Positions 24,476 through 38,083 of a stretch of DNA of 64,000 nucleotides are shown here, in pieces. Source of the stretch: Parasitella parasitica NRRL 2501. Lineage: Eukaryota; Fungi; Mucoromycota. The stretch covers positions 1-64,000 of the forward strand of contig MU619315.1 in NCBI GenBank assembly GCA_025201805.1. Direction: 5' to 3'. Position 1 is the first letter of the stretch. The number at the start of each line of letters is the position of its first letter. A program made the position numbers and the translations under genes. The notes beneath the pieces are model-generated. The model did not search any database. It was not told where the DNA came from and saw only the letters and a program-made list of their open reading frames with translations.

Positions 24476-27400
24476 TTACATTTTTAGCCATAAATCTCTA
24501 ATTCTATTTGTGCTAGATGAAGCTAACCTTGGCTCTATCAGAGTAGAGCGCTTGTATTGTTCCTACAGTATTAATTATTATTAGCCAATAGTCGGTGCTG
24601 AGCTCTCTGGATATACGTACATCTTCGGATAGTATGCTACTATCAGCAATAAAGGTCAATATCTTTGAATCCGGCTCAATAGAGTAGCCAGGGTACTTGA
24701 ATTTCATTGTAGCCATGATGGTCTCGCCCATCAATCTAAACTTTTCCCAGTGAATAGTGCCGTCTGCACGGAAATCCTTATTTGCTTCAGCAAGTGATAC
24801 CAGGTCCTGATTGTGGATTCCTCTACATTAAGCAAATGTTATTTTTCCGTAATGATTTACGCGCATTATCCGAGATTGATATTTACAAATATGGTATTCC
24901 GGGCGCGCCAGTAGCTTTCAGGGCCATGCGGTATGAGCTGAACGATCGATCTGTGCTCATTAAACGTTCGAGGCTCTGGAATTGCTTAAATACTTTTTTT
25001 GTGAACACTGCTTGCCGCGTCCGCTTTAGTCGAAGCACAGACGCGCTATTGATACCTGCTAGAATGGCCATCAAAGTATTGTAATTGTTGTGGTTTCTCA
25101 GCGCCACTGCAATCAACATGAATTTTTCTAGGACCAAGGCTCGTTTTGATAGTCTCGTTTGAGTTACGATCATGGTTACTGCCCAGGCTGATATAAAGTT
25201 GAAGTGTGCAACCGATGCAGACAGAGCGTTGTTGTTACTAGAGGATGACACAAAAGCAGGGCCCTCAGAATGTACCGAGGAATGCCATATATTTCGTACA
25301 AATTCTCTCGACTACATGTTTTTCATAAATGAGTGAAAAAGTGCTCAGTCAAGATAACACCCAAATCTGCACCTACCTTGATGCGACAAAATAGTTCCGC
25401 TTCAATCCATGTAAGCTGGTCTGCTATGGCTGCGTCTGTCATTTTCATAAAGACTTTATAATCATAGCTTGATCGGTCTTTGTCAGATTGATGCTGCCTG
25501 AAGGAGCTGATAAAACTTGATGCCAATAGTTGAGTTCCCAGTGACCAGCCAGCACCATGCCGAGTCGAGGCAATAGATGGGGCGATTTTAAAAGAGGGCG
25601 TGTAGTAGTTTTCAAGTTTTGCAACATGGTCAATGTTTATCAGACCACCTGCAAACTCGGCTCGGCTGGGTAACTCGCAGGTAGCACTACGATGTTCATG
25701 ATGTGGCCCCAACAAGGGGCCTCTATTGCCGTTGGTGGCATAAGAAGATCTCAAATTAGGATGAGATTCTGAATGCGTAACGGCTTTGCGGTTACTTGAT
25801 CTACGTAGCAACCTGTTTAGATTAGGGGAAATCAAAGGCAGCTCCTGCTGCTGATTGATTCTGGTGCAGTTGTTGTTGGATAGCCTTTTTAGTAGAAATG
25901 TTTCGGTTGTAGTTGGTGATGATAGTGGAGAAGGTGATGTGGGTTGATGGTGAATATAACTAGAGACACTAAATGAGCCAGATGCGTAGCCGCTGTCCTT
26001 TTTTTCATTTCTTTTCCTAGTAGATGACCAAGATAGCCTATTGTTGTTACACATGGAATCAGCATCATCCTCATTCTCGTCATCTACAAGGCCCCAGCTT
26101 TTGTCTGGGTCGTCAGATGGAGGCTCGCGAACGACAAGAGGAGCGAGAGAATCGCAAATAGGGGTCAAATAGTCGTATTTTGATATGCGGTCTAAAAAGA
26201 GGATAATGTGCTTTCTTGCATGAGGTCCGTAGAAATCATTCCAATAATGCGATAACCACAACGAGAAGATACTATGGATTCTGTCATTCCATAAAGGATG
26301 TACATGTTTGTTTTAGTTGCCTGGTTTGTTGTGTCCCTAGACAAGTATCACACAAACCTCTTTTGTAAATCCGTTGGTGAAGGAGCATCAGAAGCCACAC
26401 CATCATTTTCAAATCTGCCAAGAACTATGTATTGAGTTGCATTGCAAAAAAAAAAGAGAAAATTTTCATACCTTTCCACTAGTATCTTGACCAATTCGTA
26501 CGGTTTCATGAATTTCCTGAAAAATGTCAGAAATACGGGTATAATATTCTCATCTACGTGGGAGAAATACATGTTATCAACTGTATAGCGGTACCAGTTA
26601 ATAATTAAATACCTGATTTGCTGTGCTCTGTCGACAGCAAGCGGTCAACAATATCCTCAGACGTTAATCCAGTGCCAAAAGAGTCGCTAAAATACGCATT
26701 AGTTGATTTAGAAGCAAGTAAAAAATAGGCTTTATACCTGCTATCTTTTGATCCACGCTTGGTAGCAAGGCAGGTGTAATAAGATGTATTTGTTGCTCTT
26801 TTATTTACCATGCGGTAAGTGGAAGAAAAAGCAGATGCAAGGTGGTTGTTTACAGCAAGTTCTTTATCGGGATCGGCCTCACTAACCGATGTTGCACTAA
26901 CTTCTATTGTTTTCGCTGCCTCAAGGGTTGTTGGTGGTGTGCTGGAAGTAGGTGCATAAATGAATCCTGGAGCGTCACTTTTCAAGGAGCTACTTTTGAT
27001 CTCCTCTTTCCTTTCGGCTGCTTTATCGTTGTTCACTAATGCTGGATGGTATATTTGCAAGATCGACCGATAAACGTTTTGCATTTGTTGCAATCCGTCT
27101 TCTGAGAATGCATCTACTATAGAGCGGTCAAGTGCAAATAGCCCGACAGTTTGTTGTACCAGATTTGGGTCAATTTGACGGGTTGCTGACACTAAATCAG
27201 CTTTCAATCCTACCACATGGGTTGGAATATGACGAGACATGTAAAAATCTATTTAGGGAGTGTGAACATCAAGGAGATCACAAAAGGGGAATCATTTATG
27301 GTAATAGTGACACTTTACCTAGTAAATCCAACATGCAGTCCAAGGAACCTCTATCTGTGGTGTCATAACATACGATGGCAGCATGGATTACTGGAAAGCT

Positions 27401-27958
27401 TTGCTATAGACACAGAGGTTACTTTAGCCATACATGGAAAAATTGCAAATAAAACCAACATACATTAGCTACGTTTGCAATGTTTGATCCATCGATTTCA
27501 ATTAAATCAATTGGATAATAGGTTTTGTCAAATAAGATTTTTGTGTGGTGGCACTGAAGATCTTGATTTTTATGTAATGAAACAAGTAATTTAGCAAACT
27601 TGACCATGAAAAATTAAGGAGTAAATCAATATTGTATAAATATATATAAATATATACCTGGTCGACTAGAGTCATGTTTGGCAATCAGATTTTGAAGTCC
27701 AAATCGAATGAATGTTGATTTCCCAACATTGGGTCCACCGGATACCACAATCACAAGTGTTTCCACCTATATATAATATATATGAAATGTTACAGTGGAA
27801 TTAGCAGCTAGAAGAGTTTTTAGAGGATTTTTATATACATTTTTCTCACTACTGATGATGGGTGGCAAAGGCTTGTTCAGTCTATCAATAAATGCAGATG
27901 CTTTTGACGAATATTTCTCTTCCTGCTGATAATGAGTAGACTTTTTCGCAAACCACAT
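24476..27958 (-). CDS. RasGEF (REM + CDC25 domain) with an N-terminal Ras-like P-loop domain; ~11 exons
   Basis: CDC25 domain IADQLTWIEAELF...HFNFISAWAVTMI...NNYNTLMAILAGINSASVLRLKRT...PGIPYLG; REM FLTFFRKFMKPYELV; N-terminal exons encode SGGPNVGKSTFI, VCYDTTDRGSL and VVGLKADL. Confidence 0.85.
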
Positions 27959-28247
27959 TCTGTATGCGTAAAATGGTTTGACTTGTATCTTTGTATGCTT
28001 ATACTGTCAAATAATTGAAAAAGTAGCAGAGAGAAAACAAAATAAAAAGAAACAAGAAGAAAGCTTAAAAAATACATTAACTTTAATAGCATATTTTTAA
28101 GGGGACAATAAGTTCTACACTTCAAATATTGTAATACTACATGGGCACAACTCCTTTTTTCATATGGCTTCTCTTTTCTTCAGCTCTCCCCCCCCCCCTA
28201 ATAAATCATTGCTGTCGCACACAATATAATCGCGAAATTTATTCAAT

Positions 28248-29234
28248 TTAAGCAATGTTTGCCAAATAATCTTTAACTTCACTCAAGCTCAATTTTCTAA
28301 ATAATGGGATCTCCTTTCTTTCACCACCATAAATGCCTACAGTACTTTTACCAATAATACCAATTTCTAGACTATTCTCCGTCATTTGTCCTTCGAAACC
28401 CTCCTTGAGCTAAGTATAAGGTTAACATCCTGTTCAGATCAATGCTAAATTCGGATTCTTACGGTCAAAATTGCTGTGTGTACTGCGTCTTCCAATTCCA
28501 TCTCCTCATTGTATCTATGTAGAAGGTCCTCTTTTTTTAAAAATCTGAAAATACATCTGTATAACCTTATTTTTACCTTTTTTCCAAAAAGGTCTTTGCA
28601 TTGATCATGTTTTTGCCAATGGCGCTGGCTTTCCAGGCAAAGTAAGAGCCAGAAGGATCGACTTGATAAAGCGAGGGTCCATTCACCTCGTCATAGCCTG
28701 CAATCAAAAGAGAAACACCAAAGGGACGGACACCACTATCAAAAGAATTAGCAATGATGCACCCTTTCCCCCACTCTTTTTCTCTACCACAAGAGTTTAC
28801 CCGCTTTGTGTATATTCTTGCATGACACCTGCTACTTCTTGAACAAGAATGCGTACTGGAGGTTCTTCCATATAAACTCTTTTATAAGCCTGTGCTGCTT
28901 TGCGTGCTTTACTGACCAATACACGGAAATCAGGTCCCATGCCAGAGTAGATCATGCCAATGTTGGCGCAAATGGTGGCAACCTTCTCAAGCGTAGAATC
29001 GTCGACAAGACTGGATGCTGATTTCTTTTCTGTTGCAATGACAATGCCGTTGGTAGCTATAGTCCGCTGTGTGAGTGAACAAAGATGGACATTCATGCTT
29101 TTTTTTTTTCCAAATTTACCTTTGATGCCAACAGATGTGACACCTTGCGATACAGCGTTCAAGGCATATTCAATTTGAACGAGTTTTCCCGAAGGAGAAA
29201 AGGTCGTGAGTGAGAAGCTATAACGATCCGCCAT
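28248..29234 (-). CDS. PRE8: 20S proteasome subunit alpha-2; 5 exons
   Basis: [28 protein letters not shown]...[12 protein letters not shown]...[13 protein letters not shown]. Confidence 0.96.
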
Positions 29235-29513
29235 TTGATAGAATTATATATGGTGAAGAATTGGAAAAAGAAGAGGTTATTGAGCTTCTGAATCCAAGCG
29301 TTGGAAACGTAACATCTGCCGCAAGACGCGTGTTGCTTTTACTGATTATGATGACGTACGAAATGCGCATCCTCTTCCTCTTATTCTGTCCTGTCCGTCC
29401 TGTGGCTGAACAAACACAAACCTTTCTTTCATACGGACATTTAATGTACAACAAACTCTTTCTAGCCATTGCAGTTATTTGATCCTTTTCAACCTGTATT
29501 TTTTATATTGAAT

Positions 29514-32500
29514 ATGGAGGTAACATTTGACAGAAGTTTGGTTTCCTAGCAACCAGGTTTTAATTTGATCCAGCATTTTGTAACAGGCCTCGAGGAACTT
29601 TTGACTAAGCTTGTAGCAGCTCAAGATTCTGATACAATTAGACAGGTAAATTGGACACAATAGACAAAAAAAAATTTTTTTTTTTTTGTTGTTATTGTAT
29701 TACTTGAATTTAACCAAGTTGATCCAGGCCACTTCGACATTGAATACACAATATTATGTATCAGCAAATTGTATTCCTGCCTTTGTCCAGATCATCAGTC
29801 GCTCTTCAAACCAGACTGTTTGTCAACTTGCAGCAGTTGAATTAAGGAAACGTATCTCCAAGAAATGGCAAGAAATCCCTGATGTAGCCCAAGGCGAAAT
29901 CCGTACCCAATTGCTACAGATTACTTTAAACGAACAGCTGTAAATGTTGCACATGTATCCGGATACAGAGCAGATCATTAATTCTTTTACTTGATTGTAG
30001 TGAAATCGTCCGTCATTTAACCGCTCGTGTTATTTCATCCATTGCCCGGATCGATGTCCCTGAGAACAAATGGCCTGAATTATTGGATTTTTTGAACCAA
30101 GCATGTACCAGCACCACAGTCATTCACCGCGAGGTTGGAAGTTATTGCCTTTACACACTGTTTGAAGTCATTGCCGATTTTTTCATGAACCATACTGCAC
30201 CTTTGTATGAACTTTTCTCGAAAGCAATTGTTGATCCCGAAAGCAAACGTGTCAGAATTACTACTGTATTGTAAGTAAAAATCGAAAGAAGATGGTGGCA
30301 AGCAGGTTCAGGATCTTACTGTGATTATATGATAGGACTTTGGGTAAGCTTGCTGAATTCATTGAAACAGAAGACAAGGAAAACATTGTAAGTTTTTTTT
30401 TTTTNNNNNNNNNNNNNNNNNNNNNNNNNAGCTTATCTAAACCACACTTGGCTTATTCACGTTTGCGCAAAATAGAAAACTTTCAGAAATATGATTCCCG
30501 GTATGGTTAGCGTCTTGGAGCAATGTCTTCAAGCAGAGGACGAGGAGAGTGCAGGCGAGATTTTTGAAGTGTTCGATACATTGCTGATGTTGGTATGTAT
30601 TTGAAATCACAATATGTGCCCTTTAGTTACCAGACATATTGACGGGCGAGGGATAATTTTAGGATGCTCCTCTTCTGTCAAATCATCTGGTTGATTTAAT
30701 AAGATTTTTCTTGACTATTGGGTCCAACCGTGAGTTGGATGATGGCCTCCGTGTCATGGCCCTCTCCTTCCTCATGTGGGCTGCTGTGTAGTAAGTGTTG
30801 GGACCATCCAAAGAAGGCTTTTTTTTGAGACTTAATTCTCCTCGTCATCACAGTAAACAAAACAAAATCAGAAGTATGAAGCTTGTTGGGTTCATTGTAG
30901 AAGGTTTGATGCCTATTGGCACTGAAGAAGATCCTGAGGATGTGGATGAAGACTCTCCTTCTCGTGTAAGTTAAAGATTAAAGTAGCTGATTTGCGCCAG
31001 ATCACTCAAACGTTAGGCAAACAACAACGTATACAGTTGGCATTTAAGGTTTTGAATGCTCTTGCAACCAACATGCCTCCTCAACAAGTGTTCCCCATCG
31101 TCATGCCTGTCGTAGTGACATATATGCAAAACCCTGACCCTAACTTCCGTAAAGCAGCCATGATGTCGTTTGCCGTCATCATTGAAGGTTGTGCTGAATA
31201 CATGAGTCCCAAGTTGAATGATCTTTTGCCCCTCGTGTGCTCTGGCTTGCAAGATCCCGAGATTATTGTTCGCCGTGCTGCCTGTATGGCCCTAGGTTGT
31301 CTTGCTGAGGAAATGCCTGCCGAGATCTCAGAGAGCCATCAAATTTTGTTGCCCCTTGTTTTCAACTTGATGAATGACACAAACCCTGAAGTTACGAAAC
31401 ACGCTTGCAATGCTCTTGATGCCATTTTAGAAAGCTTGGGTGATGAGGTTTTGCAGTACTTGCCAATGTTAATGGAGAAGCTCTTGTTTCTTTTGGACAA
31501 TGCCCCTCAAACTGAAACAAAGGCCACTGTCATGGCTGCTATCGGCAGCGCTGCTCATGCTGCAGGCGAAGGGTTCGAACCTTACTTTGGTGGCGTGATG
31601 CCCCGTATCCGTCATTTGATGACTTTGACCGAAGGTACTGACGAAGCTTTACTTCGTGGCGTTGCGACAGACTCTGCTGGTGCCATTGCTGAGGCTGTTG
31701 GTGCTGATAAATTTAGGCCTTTTACGCAAGAATTGATGGCTCTGGCCATTGAGCAACTGACATTAGATTCGCCTCGTCTGCGTGAATGTTCATATGCCTT
31801 CTTCTCTATTATGGCTCGCGTATTTGGCGACGAATTTGCTCCTTATCTCCCTACTATAATGCCCTTTATCATCGCTTCTTGCAAGGCTGAGGAGAAGGAT
31901 GAGACCAACGTTGGTAGTGAAATTGATCTTTCTCTGGGCGAGTGTAATGAAGAAGAGGAAGATAGCGCCTTCAATTTCAATTCTGCTATCGCCGATGAAA
32001 AGGAATTTGCTGCCGATGCTCTTGGAGAGATTTTTGAAAGTACACAAACCCATTTCTTGCCTTACGTGGAGTCTGCAGTTGAAGACTTGACTGAACTTTC
32101 TTTCCATCTCTTTGATGGTGTCCGCAAAGCAGTTGTCGGCAGTCTGTTTAGCTTTCTCAAGACTTTCTATGTCATGTCTGGATTTGACGAGTGGAAAGCC
32201 GGTCTACCTTTGGCCTATCCTGTACACGAAAACGTTCAAAACATGACGACAATCATCATTCCTACTGTTTTGGCCATGTGGAAGGATGAAGATGACAAGA
32301 TGGTTGTTGTGCAGATATGTCAAGAGCTAATCCAATCTCTTAAATTAATGGGTCCCAGCATCATTGCTAATCATGTCGAAGAAATTTCGCGCAACCTACT
32401 TGATATCTTTGAAAAGAAATCATTCTGTCAACAAAGCTACAATGATGAAGACTTTGTTGATGAGGAAGAGGAAGCCGAATCTGAATCCCTTTTAATCACT

Positions 32501-33267
32501 GCTGCGGGTGACCTTGTCGCTACCATTTGTGAAACAGTAGGCGAGTCTTATTCATCCTACTTTGACGTGTTTATGCCCTTGATTGCCAAGTATTACAAGA
32601 AATCAAAGTCTGCTCCTGAGCGCTCCATGGCCATCGGATGTCTGGGTGAATGCATTACTGGTATTAAAAGCGCTGTTACACCTCACACTGAACGTCTGCT
32701 CCAGCTTTTCATCAAGGCATGCGGCGACGAAGACCAGTCTGTCAGGAGTAATGCTGCGTACGCACTAGGTATTCTTTGTGGTAATTCTCAAATCGATCTT
32801 GGCTCTCAATACCCTATTATCTTGACTGCATTGCACCCGCTTTTCCAGAATCAACCTGTGCCTAATATTACTGATAATGCCACTGGCGCTGTTGCAAGAT
32901 TAATCATTGCTCGTCCTGATGCTGTTCCTATCGACCAAGTGTTGCCTGTCTTTACTAGTGTGCTTCCCCTCAAGGCAGACTTTGCAGAGAATGAGCCTGT
33001 TTTCCACTGTTTGTTTTCTCTTTTCCGTGCTAATAACACCTTTGTAAGAATTGCTCTTTTGTTTTACATATTGACTGCTTCTAATATATACTACTGTAGA
33101 TCCAAAGCCAAATCCCCAGCCTTCTGCCTGTATTCCACCATGTGCTGGACAATAAAGATCAATTAAAAGATTCAACTCGTAATGAACTTGTAGAACTATT
33201 ACGCGCCTTGAACACTCAGTCCCCCTCACTGGGTATTTCCAACAGTGATTTGGCCCGTTTCTTGTAA
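29514..33267 (+). CDS. KAP123: Importin-4 / Kap123 (karyopherin beta); ~10 exons
   Basis: IBN_N region CQLAAVELRKRI; HEAT repeats; NSAIADEKEFAADALG; ERSMAIGCLGE; LPLKADFAENEPVF. Confidence 0.92.
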
Positions 33268-33839
33268 AAACAAAACAACCCCATTTAGACAGCAACAACA
33301 TCTTTACATATATATTCTTCTATAGGCATTACTATTACACTCAATATTTTTAAATAAACTGTATATTTATACTAAATTCTGTAAAGACATGAAACAAATT
33401 TCATAAGGAAACAATACTTCCAAAAAGTTCCTAATCAAATTTGTGAAAAATACTGGTGTATCTATGAAATACGATTTAACGAGTAGGGACGATCTTTATC
33501 AATGTTACGGGAGTGATTGTTCCTAGTGCCTTTATGTTTAGCAAAGAAAAACCACCTGAAATATTTGGTAATGCTCCTTTCGAGATATATGTGGGTTTGG
33601 CACAGTAAACGCTGGTAACTGCTGGAAATTCTATTCAAGATGAGCCTGATGAAATAGACTTTGCACCAAACGATAATGGCGACACGCTGAGTTCTTTTCC
33701 AACAAAGACTTTGCAAAGGTGTCCCTCATTATAAATAATTGTTTCTCTATAATATAGGTACTCCTCAAATTGATTAGCCCAGACTTTATTTTTTATTCAG
33801 AGCTGAATTTTCATCATTTTACACGAATACAGATTTACT

Positions 33840-35345
33840 TCATGATATGCGTTTCTCCAACTTGTCAACTCTTTCCACTAAATCAGGAAAATAGAATTGC
33901 TTTGTATATCCCACAACCGCTGTCGCCAATGCAGCACTGATACTTCTGTCTACTCCATTGAGTTGAATAGTGTTGGGGATTTTGAGTTGGTTTGTTAGAT
34001 ATTTTGCAGCGACTTCTGTAACGCCCTTTTTGCCTTCAGGATCGTTCATAAATTCCAAGACCTCTCGATGACTCCTGCGAAAGTGTAGTAAAGACGGTGT
34101 TGGCATACATACAAAATATGTATATATAAAATAAAAAATAAAAAAAAAACCCCTTACTTGAGCACAAGATCAATGTTTTCTAGATTCTGCCACATATGTT
34201 TCACGGGAAGACCATTCAGGTTTGATTCAAATAATGCTATAGCTTCATTCGCTTCCTTTTCCAGCTGAATTAGTTTTGGCACTGAAGCCTTTATCTTGAG
34301 TCTTTGTTGACGGTATTTTCTAATTTTGACAACTTCTTGGGTCGAAAAAGCGGTAGTTTTATGGGGCGTTGGGTATATGCTCAGTTTTTTCGCAGCTGAG
34401 GGATTCAGTATGAAATCAATTAATTGGGATCCAAGATGACTGTCCAATGCCTGTTTTGTTCGTTTTGATAAATCCAAGTTGTTCATCAGACGTTGACTTT
34501 TTAAAAAGAATGGTGTCTGTAATATTTTGTCAGTAATTTCCGTTGCTAGCTTTTGGCTGTCCACCACCCTCGATCCATCTTTTGATTCATCTGCATTATC
34601 ATCAATATTCGATTTGCATTTTTTCTCTAATTCCTCTCGAACTTCTTTTGCTGTGCTCTGGAAATACTCTTGTAGATATAGATCCGCATCATCAATCACA
34701 TTGCGTATCATTGGCATGTCAGATTTGTTCAGTTTGCCTATTTTGAGCCATTCAATTTTATCGTGGGCGGCATTGATGTCAGTTAGGAATCGGCCATCTT
34801 TGTAAATTATCTCCTCTACATCTTTTTGCGTAGGTGCTGTGATTTCCTCGAGTTTTCCACTTATATCAGCCGCCGAGCATAGTTTGTCAACACCTCGACT
34901 AACGATTTCTTTTTCTATAGCTTTCAATCTAAAGAATTATAAAAACCAATGAATTGAGGCTGTTTTTAAGCTACAAATCCTTTTCATACTTTTGAGCCAT
35001 TTCGGTTCTTGTGCTCTCCATTTCTTCAAGTCGTATATCTGTGATAAAATATTAAGAGTCGATATTGATTTGTACATTTGCAATGCTAATTCGGTTACTT
35101 GCCTAATCGTGCTTCAACATTTGGGTAATTCTCGATTCGAATTCGTTTATCTTTCATCTCTTTTCTTATCTGCTTGTGCCGGGAGTAATCATAATCAAAT
35201 TCATGTAATCTCTTGGAAAGCATGCAATTTTTGACAAGGCTTTTGACAGAAAGAAAAAACGAAGTATTGCTCAAAAAATAATACTTTCCAGATGTATATC
35301 TATATACTCACTTGTCTGCACAGCTAAGCTCTTGTTTATTGACAT
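33840..35345 (-). CDS. Orphan charged/coiled-coil protein (~390 aa); 5' exons uncertain
   Basis: The 257-aa and 88-aa ORFs join in frame across a GT-AG intron. Upstream exons can be joined using a GC-AG intron near 35102. Confidence 0.5.
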
Positions 35346-36619
35346 TATCCATGTTGAATGATAGCACCTGTGAGGCCATAAAAATAAAAAAGAGTAAAAT
35401 AAAAAAGGGAAAAAGCGCGCTACTACTAGCAAGCTGGGATTTGCTAAAATGTCTTGCTGTTAGATCAATTAGTATTTCTGTAGGCTTGTCCAAATTATAA
35501 ACTTTTATTTTTTAGGCGTAGCAATGTCAGCACTCGCTGTAATAGTCAAGAGAAATATTGAGATATTATTGCTGCTGGATCCCTCTCTGATATTGTAATC
35601 GTATCATAAGAAAAATCACACTCAGGATGCCGTTTTCAAAATAGCTCTTTTTGACATGTCAGACCTAGTTTATTACACTCAATGTGCTGCTTTTCAAGTT
35701 AATAATGTGTCACGGCAAGTCTTCTAACATGCAAAATTCTTACAAGTCATACAGGTATAGTGAGTTTCATAATAGACATAGTTGAACATTGAGTAGACAG
35801 CATCAAGAGTCAACATTCGAAATGAAAACGACGGATAAACTTGGCATCGTACACACTTTAGTTATACATTCGGTATTCAGTTATATACAGTGGTATATAA
35901 ATATGAATCTGCTTAGCATTCTCAGTGTATGTTCAGTCCTGGGATGACCAGAATCTTCAACTAATGCCGTCCCATAAACAGTCTTGATGGGTGTCTAGAA
36001 AATTTTTTTTACGTCTATAAAATAGGTGCCAATAGCCTATATCTCTTCTTCTTTCCAACTGCCCAAGTTTGCACAGTTTTCTTCAAAAGGTAATTATCAG
36101 TCTTTCATATGAATGAAAGGAAAAAAAAACAAGTGTATGGATCCATGAAATGATGAATTTTAGCTGGCACCAGTCCGAGCTTCATGATGGAAAACCATAA
36201 AGTGGGGTGTCAATATATACGCAAGACATCCCTGATTTTTGGATTCATACATATTACATTTCCTTTCATATAAATGATATCATTTTATGAAATTTTTTTT
36301 TATTAACAACCACGCACATAGGTATTTTTTTTGTTGAATTTTGAAATGGTTTTTCACAATAAAGAATAATTTTTTTTTTGAACTATTTTCCTTGTGACAT
36401 TGTAGTAGCACCTTCTTTGGCATCACATAATCAGGCCTATAAGGGTGATTAAACAGCATGATCTACATACAAATCTGATTTTCGAATACGCAGTAGTGCC
36501 TTGTGTACCCACACTGTTCTGTCTCCTTTTTTATATATATATTTTAGAGCATTAATCTTCCTCCTCCATCTTTCTTTATTCTCACAGCCTCGTTTTCCTT
36601 TTTTTTTACATCGTTACTC

Positions 36620-37963
36620 ATGGTATCGTCTACCATCAGATTACCATCACCGACACCACCACCAGCACCCGATGAAAAGGCTTATAAAGCTGCTTTAAAA
36701 GCAAATGATTTCTTCGAGCGTGGCCACTTCAATGAAGCAATTGCAAACTATACAAGAATTGTGCAACTGTCAAAAGATTACAGTGAAAAAGACCAAGAGT
36801 TTTTGGCATTGATATATTGCAACAGAAGTGCAAGCTATAACAAAATTAAAGAATACGAGAAAGCGAGGTTAGATGCATTGCAAGCCATCGATTTAGCTGC
36901 AGCTTTGTCCAAGGTATGTATGTAGCGTTCTATCATGGCGCTCAGAGATCTAGTTTTTTCATACAAAGAGGCATTTGCAGGGTTATTTTCGACACGGCGA
37001 GGCCTTGTTAAACTTGGAGAAGTTTGATGAAGCTCTGGAAGCCTTCAAGACGGCTATGGATAAAGAAGAAACAGGCAGCATCAAGGAGATATCAACCTTT
37101 GTCGCCAAAACATTAATTGAAAAAGATAATGCGAGGATGGGGATCAGGATCATTCAACTTGTAGCAGGTCAGGACATTGCTATCACAAAGGGCGTGCTGA
37201 ATCCGATCCAGTCCAAACTATACGAGTTTGCTGCTCATATGAAAAACATCATACACATTGTTGCCGACACCAAAACCAGAAAGTGCATCATTGTCGATGC
37301 GGTAAGAAATCAAAAATGAGAACAAATGCTACATTATTGCGATTGCTAAACATAAAAAATTAGTGTTGGGATATCGATGGAATACTGAGATTCATTGAAG
37401 AGCAAGGCTATACAGTTGTCGCAACTGTGGTTACGCATTACCACTTTGATCACATTGGTGGGTCTCCACCAGCTCCGTACGACACATTGCCCATCAAGAT
37501 TTCTGGGCTGTCTAGCCTTTTGAAAAGGATACCTCATATCAAAGCCTACATTCATCCACTTGAAATACCCTTTATTCAGCAGACAAATCCCAGTATAAAG
37601 TTTAATCGTCTAGTGCCCACCCTCACTGATATTACTACGACCCTAAACATTGGAAAGATGCATATTGAATTCCTGCATACCCCAGGTCATACGCCAGGGT
37701 CGCAATCGCTACTGATCAATAAATCAAGGCTCATTTCAGGCGATACTCTTTTATGTGGCGGGCATTGTGGTAGGACAGATCTGCCAGGAGGCAATCGTAA
37801 GGCGATGGAGAATACACTACGGCATGTGCTGGGAGGGCTGGATAATCGAATCATTGTGTATCCAGGCCATCATTACGGAGCAGCTTGGTCTACTATTGGC
37901 ATTGAGCGAGAAAATGGCTGTCTAGGTGATGAATTAGTGGGATTTGGGATGGAGGCAACTTAG
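36620..37963 (+). CDS. TPR domain fused to a metallo-beta-lactamase-fold (glyoxalase II-like) hydrolase; 3 exons
   Basis: Three TPRs (ANDFFERGHFNEAIANYT; YCNRSASY; SKGYFRHGEALLNL) and MBL motifs THYHFDHIGG, HTPGHTPGS, SGDTL, GRTDLPGG, YPGHHYG. Confidence 0.88.
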
Positions 37964-38083
37964 CTTGTAAAAAAAGCCACCTTTCCTTTTTTTTTTTCAA
38001 GTCGGTTTTAAAAAAAAACTAGACTAAATAAACTAGACGTGGCTCCATTTACTCTCTTTTCTTTCCTTTCAAAATCATACAAA

